64,000 nucleotides of DNA from the NCBI GenBank assembly GCA_036170475.1, contig JAVHPE010000126.1, positions 3,999 through 67,998 of the forward strand, in the 5' to 3' direction. The translations under genes were made by a program, and so were the position numbers. The notes below the pieces were generated by a model, which saw nothing but the letters and a program-made list of their open reading frames with translations, was not told the DNA's origin and made no database searches. Below are positions 39,703 to 49,105 of the stretch, one piece after another. Every line of letters starts with the position of its first letter. The stretch's first letter is position 1. The stretch comes from Bacteroidia bacterium (lineage in GTDB: Bacteria > Bacteroidota > Bacteroidia > 2-12-FULL-35-15).

Positions 39703-40915
39703 CAGAATTTTTATTTAACTGATCACTATACAAGTTGATTACTTGCTTTAAAAATTTTTCTTCTGAAAATTTCTCTTCAATGATAGCTCTGCCATATTCT
39801 GAAAAAGAGGTATAATCATCCATATCAATAAAGGTCTCAATATTTTGAATAAATTCTTTTTCATTATTCAGGTCCGCTAACAGTCCTGATTTATTATTTA
39901 TTACCATATCCGGTATTCCTCCGATATTAAAACCAAGAACCGGAGTTCCGCAAGCGAGGGATTCTACAATAGTATTCGGTAAATTATCTTCAATGGAAGG
40001 GATCACAAAAAAATCAGCCGCATTATAACAATTTACAATATCAATATCCTTATTTATAAAACCCAACTGAATTACTTGGAAATCAAAATCAATATGTTCT
40101 ACCTTCTTGCCTATCATTAAAACACAGATTTTTGATTTGTTTTTAATCTGATTCAAAGCAGAAAAAAGCAGATGCATCCCTTTCCTTTTATCATTCGGAT
40201 TTTCTGCGACAAACAAAATAAATTTTTTATCTATATGGTCAAGACTAAGTTTAATACGCGCTTCGGCTTTATTTACTGGCTTAAATAGTGTTGTGTTAAT
40301 ACAGTTAGGAATTACCTTCACTTCGAAATCTTTAAATACTTCACTTTCCTTTGCCAGCTTCCCAAGCCATACGGAAGGTGTAATAACAATCAAATTAACA
40401 TCTCTTAAATACTTTTTTTTAATGTCTATATTTCGCTGAAGCAAATTTTTATAGGGCTGGTAATCTAAATCTGCAGTGTAATGGTTTCCTCCGGTAAATG
40501 GATTCATGTCATGTAGTGTCCAAAAAAAAATTTTCTGCTTGTCAGTAAAAATGTGTTTATATGAAATAATTTTGGGTACCCAATGAAAATGGATAATATC
40601 AGCCTCTTTGTAGATGTTAAGTTTATCAATACGAAAAAGAGAAAAAGGACCATTTATGTAGGCTTTTTTATTAAATAAAGTGGGCAGTTTATTTAACAAT
40701 TGATTGATGAATTTTAATGAAAGGTAATAAAAAAAACCATACTTTTTTGAAAGCAATTCCTGAATAGAATAAACATTTTTCTCAACAGGACAATTTATTT
40801 TATTCAACACCAATAAACTGGAATCGTATCCATTAGCCAATAATGCCTGATGCTGCCTTCTACAAGCTATAGCCGCACCTCCTCCATAATTAGTAGTAAT
40901 CAATAAAATTTTCAT
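39692..40915 (-). CDS. glycosyltransferase family 4
   Basis: [25 protein letters not shown], and a C-terminal E-x7-E region ([32 protein letters not shown]). Confidence 0.8.
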   Translation of the reverse strand: MKILLITTNYGGGAAIACRRQHQALLANGYDSSLLVLNKINCPVEKNVYSIQELLSKKYGFFYYLSLKFINQLLNKLPTLFNKKAYINGPFSLFRIDKLNIYKEADIIHFHWVPKIISYKHIFTDKQKIFFWTLHDMNPFTGGNHYTADLDYQPYKNLLQRNIDIKKKYLRDVNLIVITPSVWLGKLAKESEVFKDFEVKVIPNCINTTLFKPVNKAEARIKLSLDHIDKKFILFVAENPNDKRKGMHLLFSALNQIKNKSKICVLMIGKKVEHIDFDFQVIQLGFINKDIDIVNCYNAADFFVIPSIEDNLPNTIVESLACGTPVLGFNIGGIPDMVINNKSGLLADLNNEKEFIQNIETFIDMDDYTSFSEYGRAIIEEKFSEEKFLKQVINLYSDQLNKNSVTN

Positions 40916-41094
40916 CCAGGTAAACCTAAAAAACTTTGCATTATAACGGTAAAATTAAGAGAAAAACGATTGAACAGCGGAAAATTATCTTTCTAATTAA
41001 AATAGTGGTAATGACATAAAAAACCCAAACTCCTGATTTTCTAATTTTTATATTACTTTTAACATCTGTATAAGTTAAATTTAAAAATTCGTCT

Positions 41095-41493
41095 ATGAAA
41101 AAAATAATATCAATCTTATTACTTGCGATAGCCGTAACAAGTACCTCATGTAAAAAACCTGCCGGTGAAGGTGGTAATTCTTCTATTAAAGGAAATATAT
41201 GGGCACAAAAATGGAACAGTACATTTACAACGTTAACAAGTGAAGGTGCCGGAGAGAATATTGATGTTTTTATAATTTATGGATCCGAAACCAGTTATGG
41301 ACATAAAATTTCTACCAGTCCGGATGGGACATTTGAGTTTAATTATCTCCGTCCCGGTTCATATAAAGTATATGTATATTCAAAAACAACAACTACCGCT
41401 AATGCAAACGGTAAAGTTGCTGTTTCTGTTGATGTAGAAATTACTAAGAAAAAACAAGCCGTTGATGCCGGGAAAATTACGGTTAATATTTAA
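41095..41493 (+). CDS. lipoprotein with carboxypeptidase-regulatory-like beta-sandwich
   Basis: Lipobox VTSTSC, and PDGTFEFNYLRPGSYKVYVY. Confidence 0.45.
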   Translation: MKKIISILLLAIAVTSTSCKKPAGEGGNSSIKGNIWAQKWNSTFTTLTSEGAGENIDVFIIYGSETSYGHKISTSPDGTFEFNYLRPGSYKVYVYSKTTTTANANGKVAVSVDVEITKKKQAVDAGKITVNI

Positions 41494-41618
41494 AATTCAT
41501 ACAAATCAAGAATGATTACTAATTTACTAAACTGTATATATAAAGTAGCAATTTCTGTTTCGTAGATTCGTTTTTTATTTGTTATTCGTAACCCCCATCA
41601 CTATCCAAAGAATATACT

Positions 41619-42188
41619 ATGAAAACAAAAGCAGTTGTATTTATTATTGTGATGATTAGTTTTAGTTTAGCTATTCATTCCCAAGGCAAAAAAACAGTTA
41701 AAAAATTTAAAATTAAATCAACCAGTGTTTCGATTATGGAAATGGTTGATGGTAAAAGCAAAACACGTACAGACTCTTACCAAAAATACGATAATTCAGC
41801 TCATGTGATTGAAGATGTTGAATATAATAAAGACGGGACTTTCAAGAAAAAAGAAACAAAAAAATTCAACAAAAATGAAGATCCTATTGAGGAAGTTATA
41901 TATGATGAAAAAGGAAATTTTAAAAAGAAAACTACTACTGAATACAATACTAACAAGGATAAAACATCGGAAAATGTTTTTGACAGTAATGACAAATTAA
42001 TAGAAAAAACAGTTTTTGGTTATAACACAAAGGGAGAAAAAACCTTTGAGCTGACTACTGATGATAAAGGAAAAGTAATAAAAAATTCAATTTATTCGTA
42101 TGATAAAAATGGTCTTAAAATTGAGAAAAAAACAACGGATGCAAATGGTAATTTTCTTTCAACAAAAAAATATACTTACGAATATTAA
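41619..42188 (+). CDS. secreted Lys/Thr-rich repeat protein
   Basis: Signal peptide present. About five repeats of Yxx(D/N)xxGxxxxKxTxxYNxxxDKTxE... Confidence 0.45.
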   Translation: MKTKAVVFIIVMISFSLAIHSQGKKTVKKFKIKSTSVSIMEMVDGKSKTRTDSYQKYDNSAHVIEDVEYNKDGTFKKKETKKFNKNEDPIEEVIYDEKGNFKKKTTTEYNTNKDKTSENVFDSNDKLIEKTVFGYNTKGEKTFELTTDDKGKVIKNSIYSYDKNGLKIEKKTTDANGNFLSTKKYTYEY

Positions 42189-42244
42189 AATTGGAATATC
42201 TTAAAAATAGTTTGGGCAGCTTTACCCCCATTTCATTAGAAAAA

Positions 42245-42946
42245 ATGGACAAAGTAAAACTGATGGACAGAACAGATACAAAGTATGTTTTTACATTAGC
42301 TCAACTACCAATTCTTCTTGCTGAACTTAAACTGGATTACCATATTGTTGATATAAACGGCAACAGAATCAGCAGGTACGAATCGCTTTATTTTGATACA
42401 AAAAAGTTTGATTTATATCATTGCCATCATAGAGGTAAGCCAAACCGTTTTAAGATACGTTTTAGAAAATATGTTGAGTCTGAAATCTGTTTTTTCGAAG
42501 TAAAATTTAAAAACAATAAAGGAAGAACCATCAAAGATCGTGTAAAACAAAAACAAATTAATAACACAATAAATGGTAAAGCGGAAATTTTATTGAAAGA
42601 AAAAACACCTTTGCTTCCAATTCATTTAGAACCAAAGTTGTGGGTAAATTATTCACGAATTACATTAGTAAATAAAAATTCTCCCGAACGTGTTACTATT
42701 GATATCGACTTAAATTTTAAAAATAATGAGCAGACTATATCTATTAAAAATCTGGTAATTGCTGAAGTAAAACAAAATAAAGCGTTTAGTTCGGCATTTA
42801 CCAAACTAATGAAAAAATACCATATAAGGGAAGGTTCTATCAGTAAATATTGTTTTGGAGTAATAAGTCTGTTTAAAAAAATAAAACATAATAATTTTAA
42901 GCCCGATTTAAATTTACTAAAGAAAATACTTTATACTAAAATCTAA
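42245..42946 (+). CDS. VTC-domain (polyphosphate polymerase domain) protein
   Basis: KVKLMDRTDTKYVF...YESLYFDT...FKIRFRKY is the VTC/CYTH-like signature. The listed ORF begins at a TTG, so the start was moved to the first ATG (MDKVKL). Confidence 0.75.
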   Translation: MDKVKLMDRTDTKYVFTLAQLPILLAELKLDYHIVDINGNRISRYESLYFDTKKFDLYHCHHRGKPNRFKIRFRKYVESEICFFEVKFKNNKGRTIKDRVKQKQINNTINGKAEILLKEKTPLLPIHLEPKLWVNYSRITLVNKNSPERVTIDIDLNFKNNEQTISIKNLVIAEVKQNKAFSSAFTKLMKKYHIREGSISKYCFGVISLFKKIKHNNFKPDLNLLKKILYTKI

Positions 42947-42951
42947 TCATT

Positions 42952-43578
42952 ATGATTCTACTACAGGAAATTAGCGAAGAAGCCGTTAAATCGGGATTTG
43001 AGTTGTTTGACAAGTTAGGACCTAAATTTTTCATCCGCATAGGAATAAATTTTGCCTCTGTATTTATCCTTATCCGGTTTATATATTTTCGAAGATATAA
43101 AAGCAGTGAAAACTTTTTTACATTTTTTATTTTTAACCTCATTATTTTTCTGATTACGTTTATTCTAAATAAATCAGATATGAGTATGGGTGCCGCATTT
43201 GGGTTGTTCGCTGTTTTTTCTATGTTACGATACCGAACAGAAGGAATTAGCACAAAAGATATGACCTACCTGTTTTTGGTTATTGCAATGGGATTAATTA
43301 CAGCCTTAAGCAAAGGCACTTGGTTTGAATTAATATTTCTTAATATTCTTATTATTCTATCCACGTATTTGCTTGAAAGCAGCATGCTGATGAAAAAAGA
43401 AGAAACCAAAATAATACAATATGAAAATATTGAAATGATTCAACCCGAATTTCATACTGAACTAATTGCAGATTTAGAAAAACGAATGGGAATTAAAATC
43501 AATCGCATCTCTATTGGTAAAGTTGATTTTTTAAAAGACACCGCTTTAATAAAAATTTATTATTATGAGTCGAAATAA
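42952..43578 (+). CDS. DUF4956 domain-containing membrane protein (usual VTC partner)
   Basis: GAAFGLFAVFSMLRYRTEGISTKDMTYLFLVIAMGLITAL, immediately downstream of the VTC gene. Confidence 0.75.
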   Translation: MILLQEISEEAVKSGFELFDKLGPKFFIRIGINFASVFILIRFIYFRRYKSSENFFTFFIFNLIIFLITFILNKSDMSMGAAFGLFAVFSMLRYRTEGISTKDMTYLFLVIAMGLITALSKGTWFELIFLNILIILSTYLLESSMLMKKEETKIIQYENIEMIQPEFHTELIADLEKRMGIKINRISIGKVDFLKDTALIKIYYYESK

Positions 43579-43588
43579 GCAAAAGTGC

Positions 43589-44287
43589 ATGTCTTCATTG
43601 AAGGGAAAAGGTATATTGTCGCTGTTTTTCATCACTTTTAGCGTTAGTATAAATAGTTTTTCACAGCCAGTAAATGATGCTGGTATGTGGACAACATTTA
43701 ATGTGGATAAAAAAATTAAAAATGATGTTTCCATCTTCTTAACCGAAGAATACCGGTTGAAAGAGAATTTCACACAAACTAATTTGTTTTATTCTGAATT
43801 AGGACTTGAGATTCGTCCATTGAATTTTCTGAAAGTATCCTTGGCATACCGGATGATTGAAAAAAATTTAATTGATAACACCTTTAGCTTTCGCCACCGC
43901 ATGATGCTAAATATCACATTTAAAAAAAAATTGAAAAAAATTTCCTTGTCTTATCGTCAACGAATTCAAGCCGAAGAAAGAAATATATATTCCAGTGCGA
44001 ACGGAAGGATGCCCGAATGGTATTCAAGAAATAAATTTGAACTGAAATATGATTTAAATAAACCTGTTACACCCTATATCGCGGCTGAATTTCGCTATCA
44101 GATTAACGATCCAAGGAATACTGAATCCAACGGATTATGGCATCGTAGCCGTTATATTATTGGCATAGATTATAAAAGAAACGATAAAAATACATTTGGC
44201 TTGTATTACTTAATTCAAAATGAATACAATGTTTCTTCCCCTGAAAATTTATACATTGTCGGTTTGGAATATTCGTTGTCTTTATAA
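43589..44287 (+). CDS. putative outer-membrane beta-barrel protein (DUF2490-like)
   Basis: Signal peptide ILSLFFITFSVSINSFSQP, alternating amphipathic beta-strand pattern, C-terminal aromatic (LEYSLSL). Family call tentative. Confidence 0.4.
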   Translation: MSSLKGKGILSLFFITFSVSINSFSQPVNDAGMWTTFNVDKKIKNDVSIFLTEEYRLKENFTQTNLFYSELGLEIRPLNFLKVSLAYRMIEKNLIDNTFSFRHRMMLNITFKKKLKKISLSYRQRIQAEERNIYSSANGRMPEWYSRNKFELKYDLNKPVTPYIAAEFRYQINDPRNTESNGLWHRSRYIIGIDYKRNDKNTFGLYYLIQNEYNVSSPENLYIVGLEYSLSL

Positions 44288-44290
44288 AAA

Positions 44291-45487
44291 TTACCTCCTT
44301 TTTCCACCACCACTTCCCCTATTACCAGATTTTGACCCCGAGCTGGGAGTAGAATGTGAAGCAGGACTTGCATGATGCTCTGAACGATTTTGTTTAACTG
44401 ACGGCGACGACTTTTTATTTTCCTTCATTCTGTTACCTTTATTGTTGCTATTATTGTTACTCTTATTATCATTCCCAACTGAAACATTCTTTTCATTTCT
44501 TGTATCCTTATGAAACCCATCTTTAGTAGACTTGTTGTTGTCAACAGATGAATTTGTTCCTTTATCTTTACCTGACGAACGTCCTTCTTTAATTTGATCT
44601 GAACTCGCCCTGTCATACGTATTTTTATATTCTCCCTTTTCTCTTCTTTGATTTACAGTTGCTGACGTTGTTCTTCTCTGCCCGTAGTAATCATGAGCAT
44701 TCGAATTACGATAATGATCTGATCGGTGGTAATAACCATAATAATCATTATAATGATGGTAATGGTAGCCATAATAATAGGAATGCCAGTACAACGGTGC
44801 CCAAGGATTCCAATATCCGGGGTAATAACCCCAACTCCATGGAGAAACATATACTACATACGATGGGAAAAACAGGTAATGAATAATGCTCCAGCTTCCT
44901 ACCGGGTGCCAATAATCATTTATAGTGTTTGTAGAATTGTAATAATTATTAGTTATAGTAGTCGTTTTTTTATCGCCGGATCCTGAGTTAGCAGAGTTGG
45001 CAGATTTAGCACCCGTATATCCCGGATTCGGTGTTCCTCCTGTTGTGGTTTTTTCCACTTCATCTTTTGGTTCAATTATATAATTTTTCCCGTATAGCTG
45101 CTCATCGCCTATAATCTGAATCTGAACTTTTTCATTCTTATCTTTTTCAACTTCAATTACGGCAACATCCTGAGTTTCTTTTTCATTTACCGCTACCTGA
45201 AGAACAATAGCATGTGCAGTTCCTTTCACATTATCTTTTACACTAATATAGTCAATCTTACCATTGCCATTCAAATCAAGATTATTGACTTTAGAATCTT
45301 CAGCATTTAGTTTTTTCTCAAATTCTTCTAATGTTTCAGATTTTTGAAAAAGATCCAGAACACCGTAAAGATTTAGGTTATCTCCCGGCAAACCCAATGA
45401 GTCAGGGGTTATTTTTTCCTGAGAGAAAACAGGAGAGCATAAAAGACTACCTCCTATTATTGTTGCGAAAAACAGCGCTTTTTTCAT
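44291..45487 (-). CDS. secreted protein with Ca-binding-like N-domain and extreme Tyr/His/Trp-rich, then Ser/Asn/Lys-rich, low-complexity tail
   Basis: Signal peptide present. DLNGNGKIDYISV loop. WHPVGSWSIIHYLFFPSYVVYVSPWSWGYYPGYWNPWAPLYWHSYYYGYHYHHYNDYYGYYHRSDHY, followed by a basic polar tail. Confidence 0.5.
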   Translation of the reverse strand: MKKALFFATIIGGSLLCSPVFSQEKITPDSLGLPGDNLNLYGVLDLFQKSETLEEFEKKLNAEDSKVNNLDLNGNGKIDYISVKDNVKGTAHAIVLQVAVNEKETQDVAVIEVEKDKNEKVQIQIIGDEQLYGKNYIIEPKDEVEKTTTGGTPNPGYTGAKSANSANSGSGDKKTTTITNNYYNSTNTINDYWHPVGSWSIIHYLFFPSYVVYVSPWSWGYYPGYWNPWAPLYWHSYYYGYHYHHYNDYYGYYHRSDHYRNSNAHDYYGQRRTTSATVNQRREKGEYKNTYDRASSDQIKEGRSSGKDKGTNSSVDNNKSTKDGFHKDTRNEKNVSVGNDNKSNNNSNNKGNRMKENKKSSPSVKQNRSEHHASPASHSTPSSGSKSGNRGSGGGKRR

Positions 45488-45639
45488 TTTGATAAGTTTT
45501 TATATTAAAGATAAAACAAATACACATTACATTTACGCATAATCATAAACCATTCCAATTTTTATTTATAAATTTACGAGCACCCAAAAATACAAAATAC
45601 CAGCCAATATGATATACTAAAAAATATCGTAGCACTTAA

Positions 45640-46119
45640 GTCCCCCTTGTGAGTTGGACTGTGGGATTGCGAAGGGGGCAGGGGGATGAAAATCTGTTAT
45701 TCATGAACAACCATTACAATAAAAAGTTAAAATCCTTCGCTCAAAGCAATAGAAATTTTTCAACTAAAGCGGAAATAAGAATTTGGTGTGAATTATTGAG
45801 AAATAAAAAAATGTTAGGGTTCCCGTTTTTACGTCAACGACCAATTGAGAATTATATAGCTGATTTTATGTGTAAAGAACTAAATTTGATAATTGAAATT
45901 GATGGCTATTCTCATCAATTCAAATATGAGGAAGATATTGAAAGAGATGACAGACTAAAACAATTGGGATTTCATGTTCTGCGTTTTACAGATGACGAAA
46001 TAACAAAACATATTACAAATGTTGAACGTGCTATTATTCAATGGATAGATAATAAAGAAAAACAATTTCATCCCCCTGCCCCCTTCACTGACGCACATTC
46101 AATCACACAAGGGGGACAA
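45640..46119. mobile_element. DUF559 endonuclease gene bounded by about 49-bp imperfect terminal inverted repeats
   Basis: Left GTCCCCCTTGTGAG-n17-GAAGGGGGCAGGGGGATG at 45640-45688. Right (reverse complement) GTCCCCCTTGTGTG-n17-GAAGGGGGCAGGGGGATG at 46069-46119. Confidence 0.55.
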
Positions 46120-46131
46120 AAAAACAGATAA
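45703..46131 (+). CDS. DUF559 (Vsr-like) endonuclease domain protein
   Basis: NRNFSTKAEIRIWCELLRNKKMLGFPFLRQRPIENYIADFMCKELNLIIEIDGYSH...RDDRLKQLGFHVLRF is the DUF559 signature. Start set at MNNHY. Confidence 0.8.
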   Translation: MNNHYNKKLKSFAQSNRNFSTKAEIRIWCELLRNKKMLGFPFLRQRPIENYIADFMCKELNLIIEIDGYSHQFKYEEDIERDDRLKQLGFHVLRFTDDEITKHITNVERAIIQWIDNKEKQFHPPAPFTDAHSITQGGQKNR

Positions 46132-46377
46132 ATGCTAACCAATAACGATATACTAAAAAAAATACGTGTAGCTCTTGAGCTCAAAGATGAAGATGTGGTA
46201 AAAATCCTTAAGCTGGCTGACTTTGAAATTTCAAAAAGTGAATTAAATGCCCTCTACCGCAAGCCCGATCATGCCAACTATAAAGAGTGTGGAGATCAGT
46301 TATTACGTAATTTCCTGAATGGATTAATTATTTTTAAACGAGGTCCAATGCCGCCAAAAAAGCAAGAAGCAATTTGA
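46132..46377 (+). CDS. DUF1456 (YehS-like) domain protein, single-repeat form
   Basis: MLTNNDILKKIRVALELKDEDVVKILKLADFEISKSELNALYRK. Confidence 0.6.
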   Translation: MLTNNDILKKIRVALELKDEDVVKILKLADFEISKSELNALYRKPDHANYKECGDQLLRNFLNGLIIFKRGPMPPKKQEAI

Positions 46378-46407
46378 CAATTCGGCAGTAGGAAATTATT
46401 AAGCAAT

Positions 46408-48765
46408 ATGGAGGAATTTATACCAACAACAACTGATCAGGCTTTAGTTGCTTCCCGATTTATTAATTCTACTAATAAAAATGTATTCCTTACGGGTAAA
46501 GCGGGAACAGGTAAAACCACGTTCCTGCGGCAAATTGTAATTCACACCTACAAAAAATGTTTAATTGTTGCTCCCACCGGAATTGCGGCTATTAATGCGG
46601 GAGGCGTTACAATTCACTCTTTGTTTCAATTACCCTTTGGATCGTTCGTCCCTGTTAACCAATCCCCGCACAATTTTCAGGTAAATGTAAAAATAAATGA
46701 TCCACTTTCTGTTATCAAAAACCTTCAGATGTATGACTCTAAACGTAAACTTTTACGTGAATTAGAGTTATTAATTATCGATGAAGTAAGTATGCTGCGT
46801 GCCGATTTACTCGATGCCATTGATCTAGTTCTACGCCATGTAAGAAGAAGAAATAATCAGCCTTTTGGCGGAGTTCAGGTATTATTTATCGGCGACTTAT
46901 TGCAGCTTCCGCCCGTTGTAAAAAACGAAGAATGGGAACAGTTAAAACCTTTTTACAATAGCATTTATTTTTTTGACGCACAGGTATTAAAAAACAATAC
47001 ACCGGCATATATTGAATTAGACAAAATATACCGGCAGACAGATCAACGCTTTGTTGACTTATTAAATCATCTTAGAAATAACGAGATATCAGCCGAAGAT
47101 ACTACCTTATTAAACACCTATTATAAACCAAATTTTAAAGCAAGTCCATCGGATAAATACATTACTCTCACTACTCACAATTATAAAGCAAACGAATTAA
47201 ATAAAAATTTACTGAGCAGATTGCACGGTAAATCATTTTTCTTTGAAGCCAAAATAGAAGATGATTTCAACGAACATGCCTACCCTATTGAAAAAACGCT
47301 AGAATTAAAAATAGGTGCACAAATTATGTTTATAAAAAATGACCCTACCGGTGCTCAACGTTTTTTTAATGGTAAAATCGGTCTTGTTTCCGCTATCAAT
47401 AATGCTATTATTGAAATAAAGTTTGATGACACTTCAGATCCAATTAAGGTGGAACATTATATATGGCAAAATTTAAAATATAAATTGAATGAAACAAACA
47501 ACGAAATTGAAGAAGTGATAACAGGTACTTTTACACAGTACCCAATTAAATTAGCCTGGGCGATAACTGTTCATAAAAGTCAGGGACTTACCTTCGATAA
47601 AGCTATAATTGACGCTAGTGACGCCTTTGCTCCCGGACAAGTATATGTCGCTTTATCGCGTTTGAGATCATTGGATGGCTTGGTGCTGACTTCAGCAATA
47701 AATTTTAATTCAATTAATCAGGATAGTAAAATTAACGCCTATTCTAAAACGCAAATAGAACAACAAAATCTGAATGAGCTTTTAACAAGTGAAACCTACC
47801 AATTTTTAAAGGAGTATGTATTAAAAAGTTTTGACTTTAATTCCCTTACCAAACAGTGCGAGGAGCATACCGATAGTTATGTAAAAGATGAAAAAAAATC
47901 TACAAAACAAAGGCATCACAAATGGGCGCGGGAATTGGAAAAAGAAGTAAAAGAAATCAAGCCTCATGCTGATAATTTCAGACATCAAATACTTTCAATC
48001 ATTGATAAAAAAGAAACAGGACACCTTGATTTTCTTCATAAAAGAGTGCTTGCGGCTTCCGCTTATTTTTCTCCGATTTTTAAAAACCTGACCAACAAAA
48101 TATTCCGACACATATTAATTCTGAAATCAGAAAAAAAAATAAAAACCTACCTGAATGAGTTATTATCACTGGAACTTATTGTTAATGAACAATACAAACT
48201 CATAAATAAAGCCGCACTTTTAATACAAGCAAGCATTACCAACAAGGAGATTACTAAAGCGGAGGTTGCAAAACTAAGTCTGGATTCACATCGGCTGGAG
48301 CAACTGAATATGATCTTCAATGCTGCGGTAAAAAGTAAAGCTACTAAAGAAAAAAAGAAAAAAATTACTGCCCTTAATCCCATATCTTCAGCCACTGCCG
48401 GAACAAATACCGATGAAGGGCTGAAATACGAAGCAAAAAAAGATACGAAAGCGGAAACATTTAAACTTTACAAACAGGGTAATACCATTGAATCTATCGC
48501 TAAATTACGGTCTATGGCAACAGCCACAATAGAAGGTCATTTAGCTTATTTTATTACCAAAGGAGAGCTGAATGCCTGTGATTTTTTATCCGCTGAAAAA
48601 ATAAAAAATGTGATAAGCGTTTCAAAAAAATTAGATACATTTCAATTCGGTTCGATAAAACAAGCATTAGGAGATGAATATAGCTATGGAGATATTAAAA
48701 TAGCCATCGCTTCTTATCTTTCAATTTCCCAGAAAAAAAAAGAAAGAACTTCAGAAAAGGAATAA
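46408..48765 (+). CDS. PIF1/RecD-like SF1 DNA helicase with long C-terminal helical/HTH extension
   Basis: Walker A FLTGKAGTGKTT, LLIIDEVSML, FIGDLLQLPPV, and C-terminal VHKSQGLTFD...VALSRLRS motifs. Confidence 0.8.
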   Translation: MEEFIPTTTDQALVASRFINSTNKNVFLTGKAGTGKTTFLRQIVIHTYKKCLIVAPTGIAAINAGGVTIHSLFQLPFGSFVPVNQSPHNFQVNVKINDPLSVIKNLQMYDSKRKLLRELELLIIDEVSMLRADLLDAIDLVLRHVRRRNNQPFGGVQVLFIGDLLQLPPVVKNEEWEQLKPFYNSIYFFDAQVLKNNTPAYIELDKIYRQTDQRFVDLLNHLRNNEISAEDTTLLNTYYKPNFKASPSDKYITLTTHNYKANELNKNLLSRLHGKSFFFEAKIEDDFNEHAYPIEKTLELKIGAQIMFIKNDPTGAQRFFNGKIGLVSAINNAIIEIKFDDTSDPIKVEHYIWQNLKYKLNETNNEIEEVITGTFTQYPIKLAWAITVHKSQGLTFDKAIIDASDAFAPGQVYVALSRLRSLDGLVLTSAINFNSINQDSKINAYSKTQIEQQNLNELLTSETYQFLKEYVLKSFDFNSLTKQCEEHTDSYVKDEKKSTKQRHHKWARELEKEVKEIKPHADNFRHQILSIIDKKETGHLDFLHKRVLAASAYFSPIFKNLTNKIFRHILILKSEKKIKTYLNELLSLELIVNEQYKLINKAALLIQASITNKEITKAEVAKLSLDSHRLEQLNMIFNAAVKSKATKEKKKKITALNPISSATAGTNTDEGLKYEAKKDTKAETFKLYKQGNTIESIAKLRSMATATIEGHLAYFITKGELNACDFLSAEKIKNVISVSKKLDTFQFGSIKQALGDEYSYGDIKIAIASYLSISQKKKERTSEKE

Positions 48766-49052
48766 TACCAATACTTATCATAAAAACATCCAATGTTTAA
48801 CAACATAGAAACATAGGATTTAAGATTTGATAGAAAAATATTTTTTTCACATAGTCTATGTTTAAAGTTCAGCCTATGTTTTGTACTCCGAAATATTTTT
48901 TTCTATCAATCTATGTAGTTAATTTTTACCACACCTTCGGGTGGTTACCCGCAGGGTGACAATTAAATTATTGGACTATATGTTAAAGAGTAATGGTATA
49001 AAAGGAAGAATAGCAGGATTGAACAGCAGCAAAAAACAGAAGAAAAATTGGG

Positions 49053-49088
49053 CAAAAAAAAAGGAGTACCGCATTGGTGCTCCTTTTT
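49053..49088. terminator. bidirectional rho-independent terminator
   Basis: A-run, GGAGTACC-gcat-TGGTGCTCC, T-run. Lies just 3' of the minus-strand Ala-rich lipoprotein gene. Confidence 0.6.
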
Positions 49089-49105
49089 AAGTTTGCAAAA
49101 AGAAA

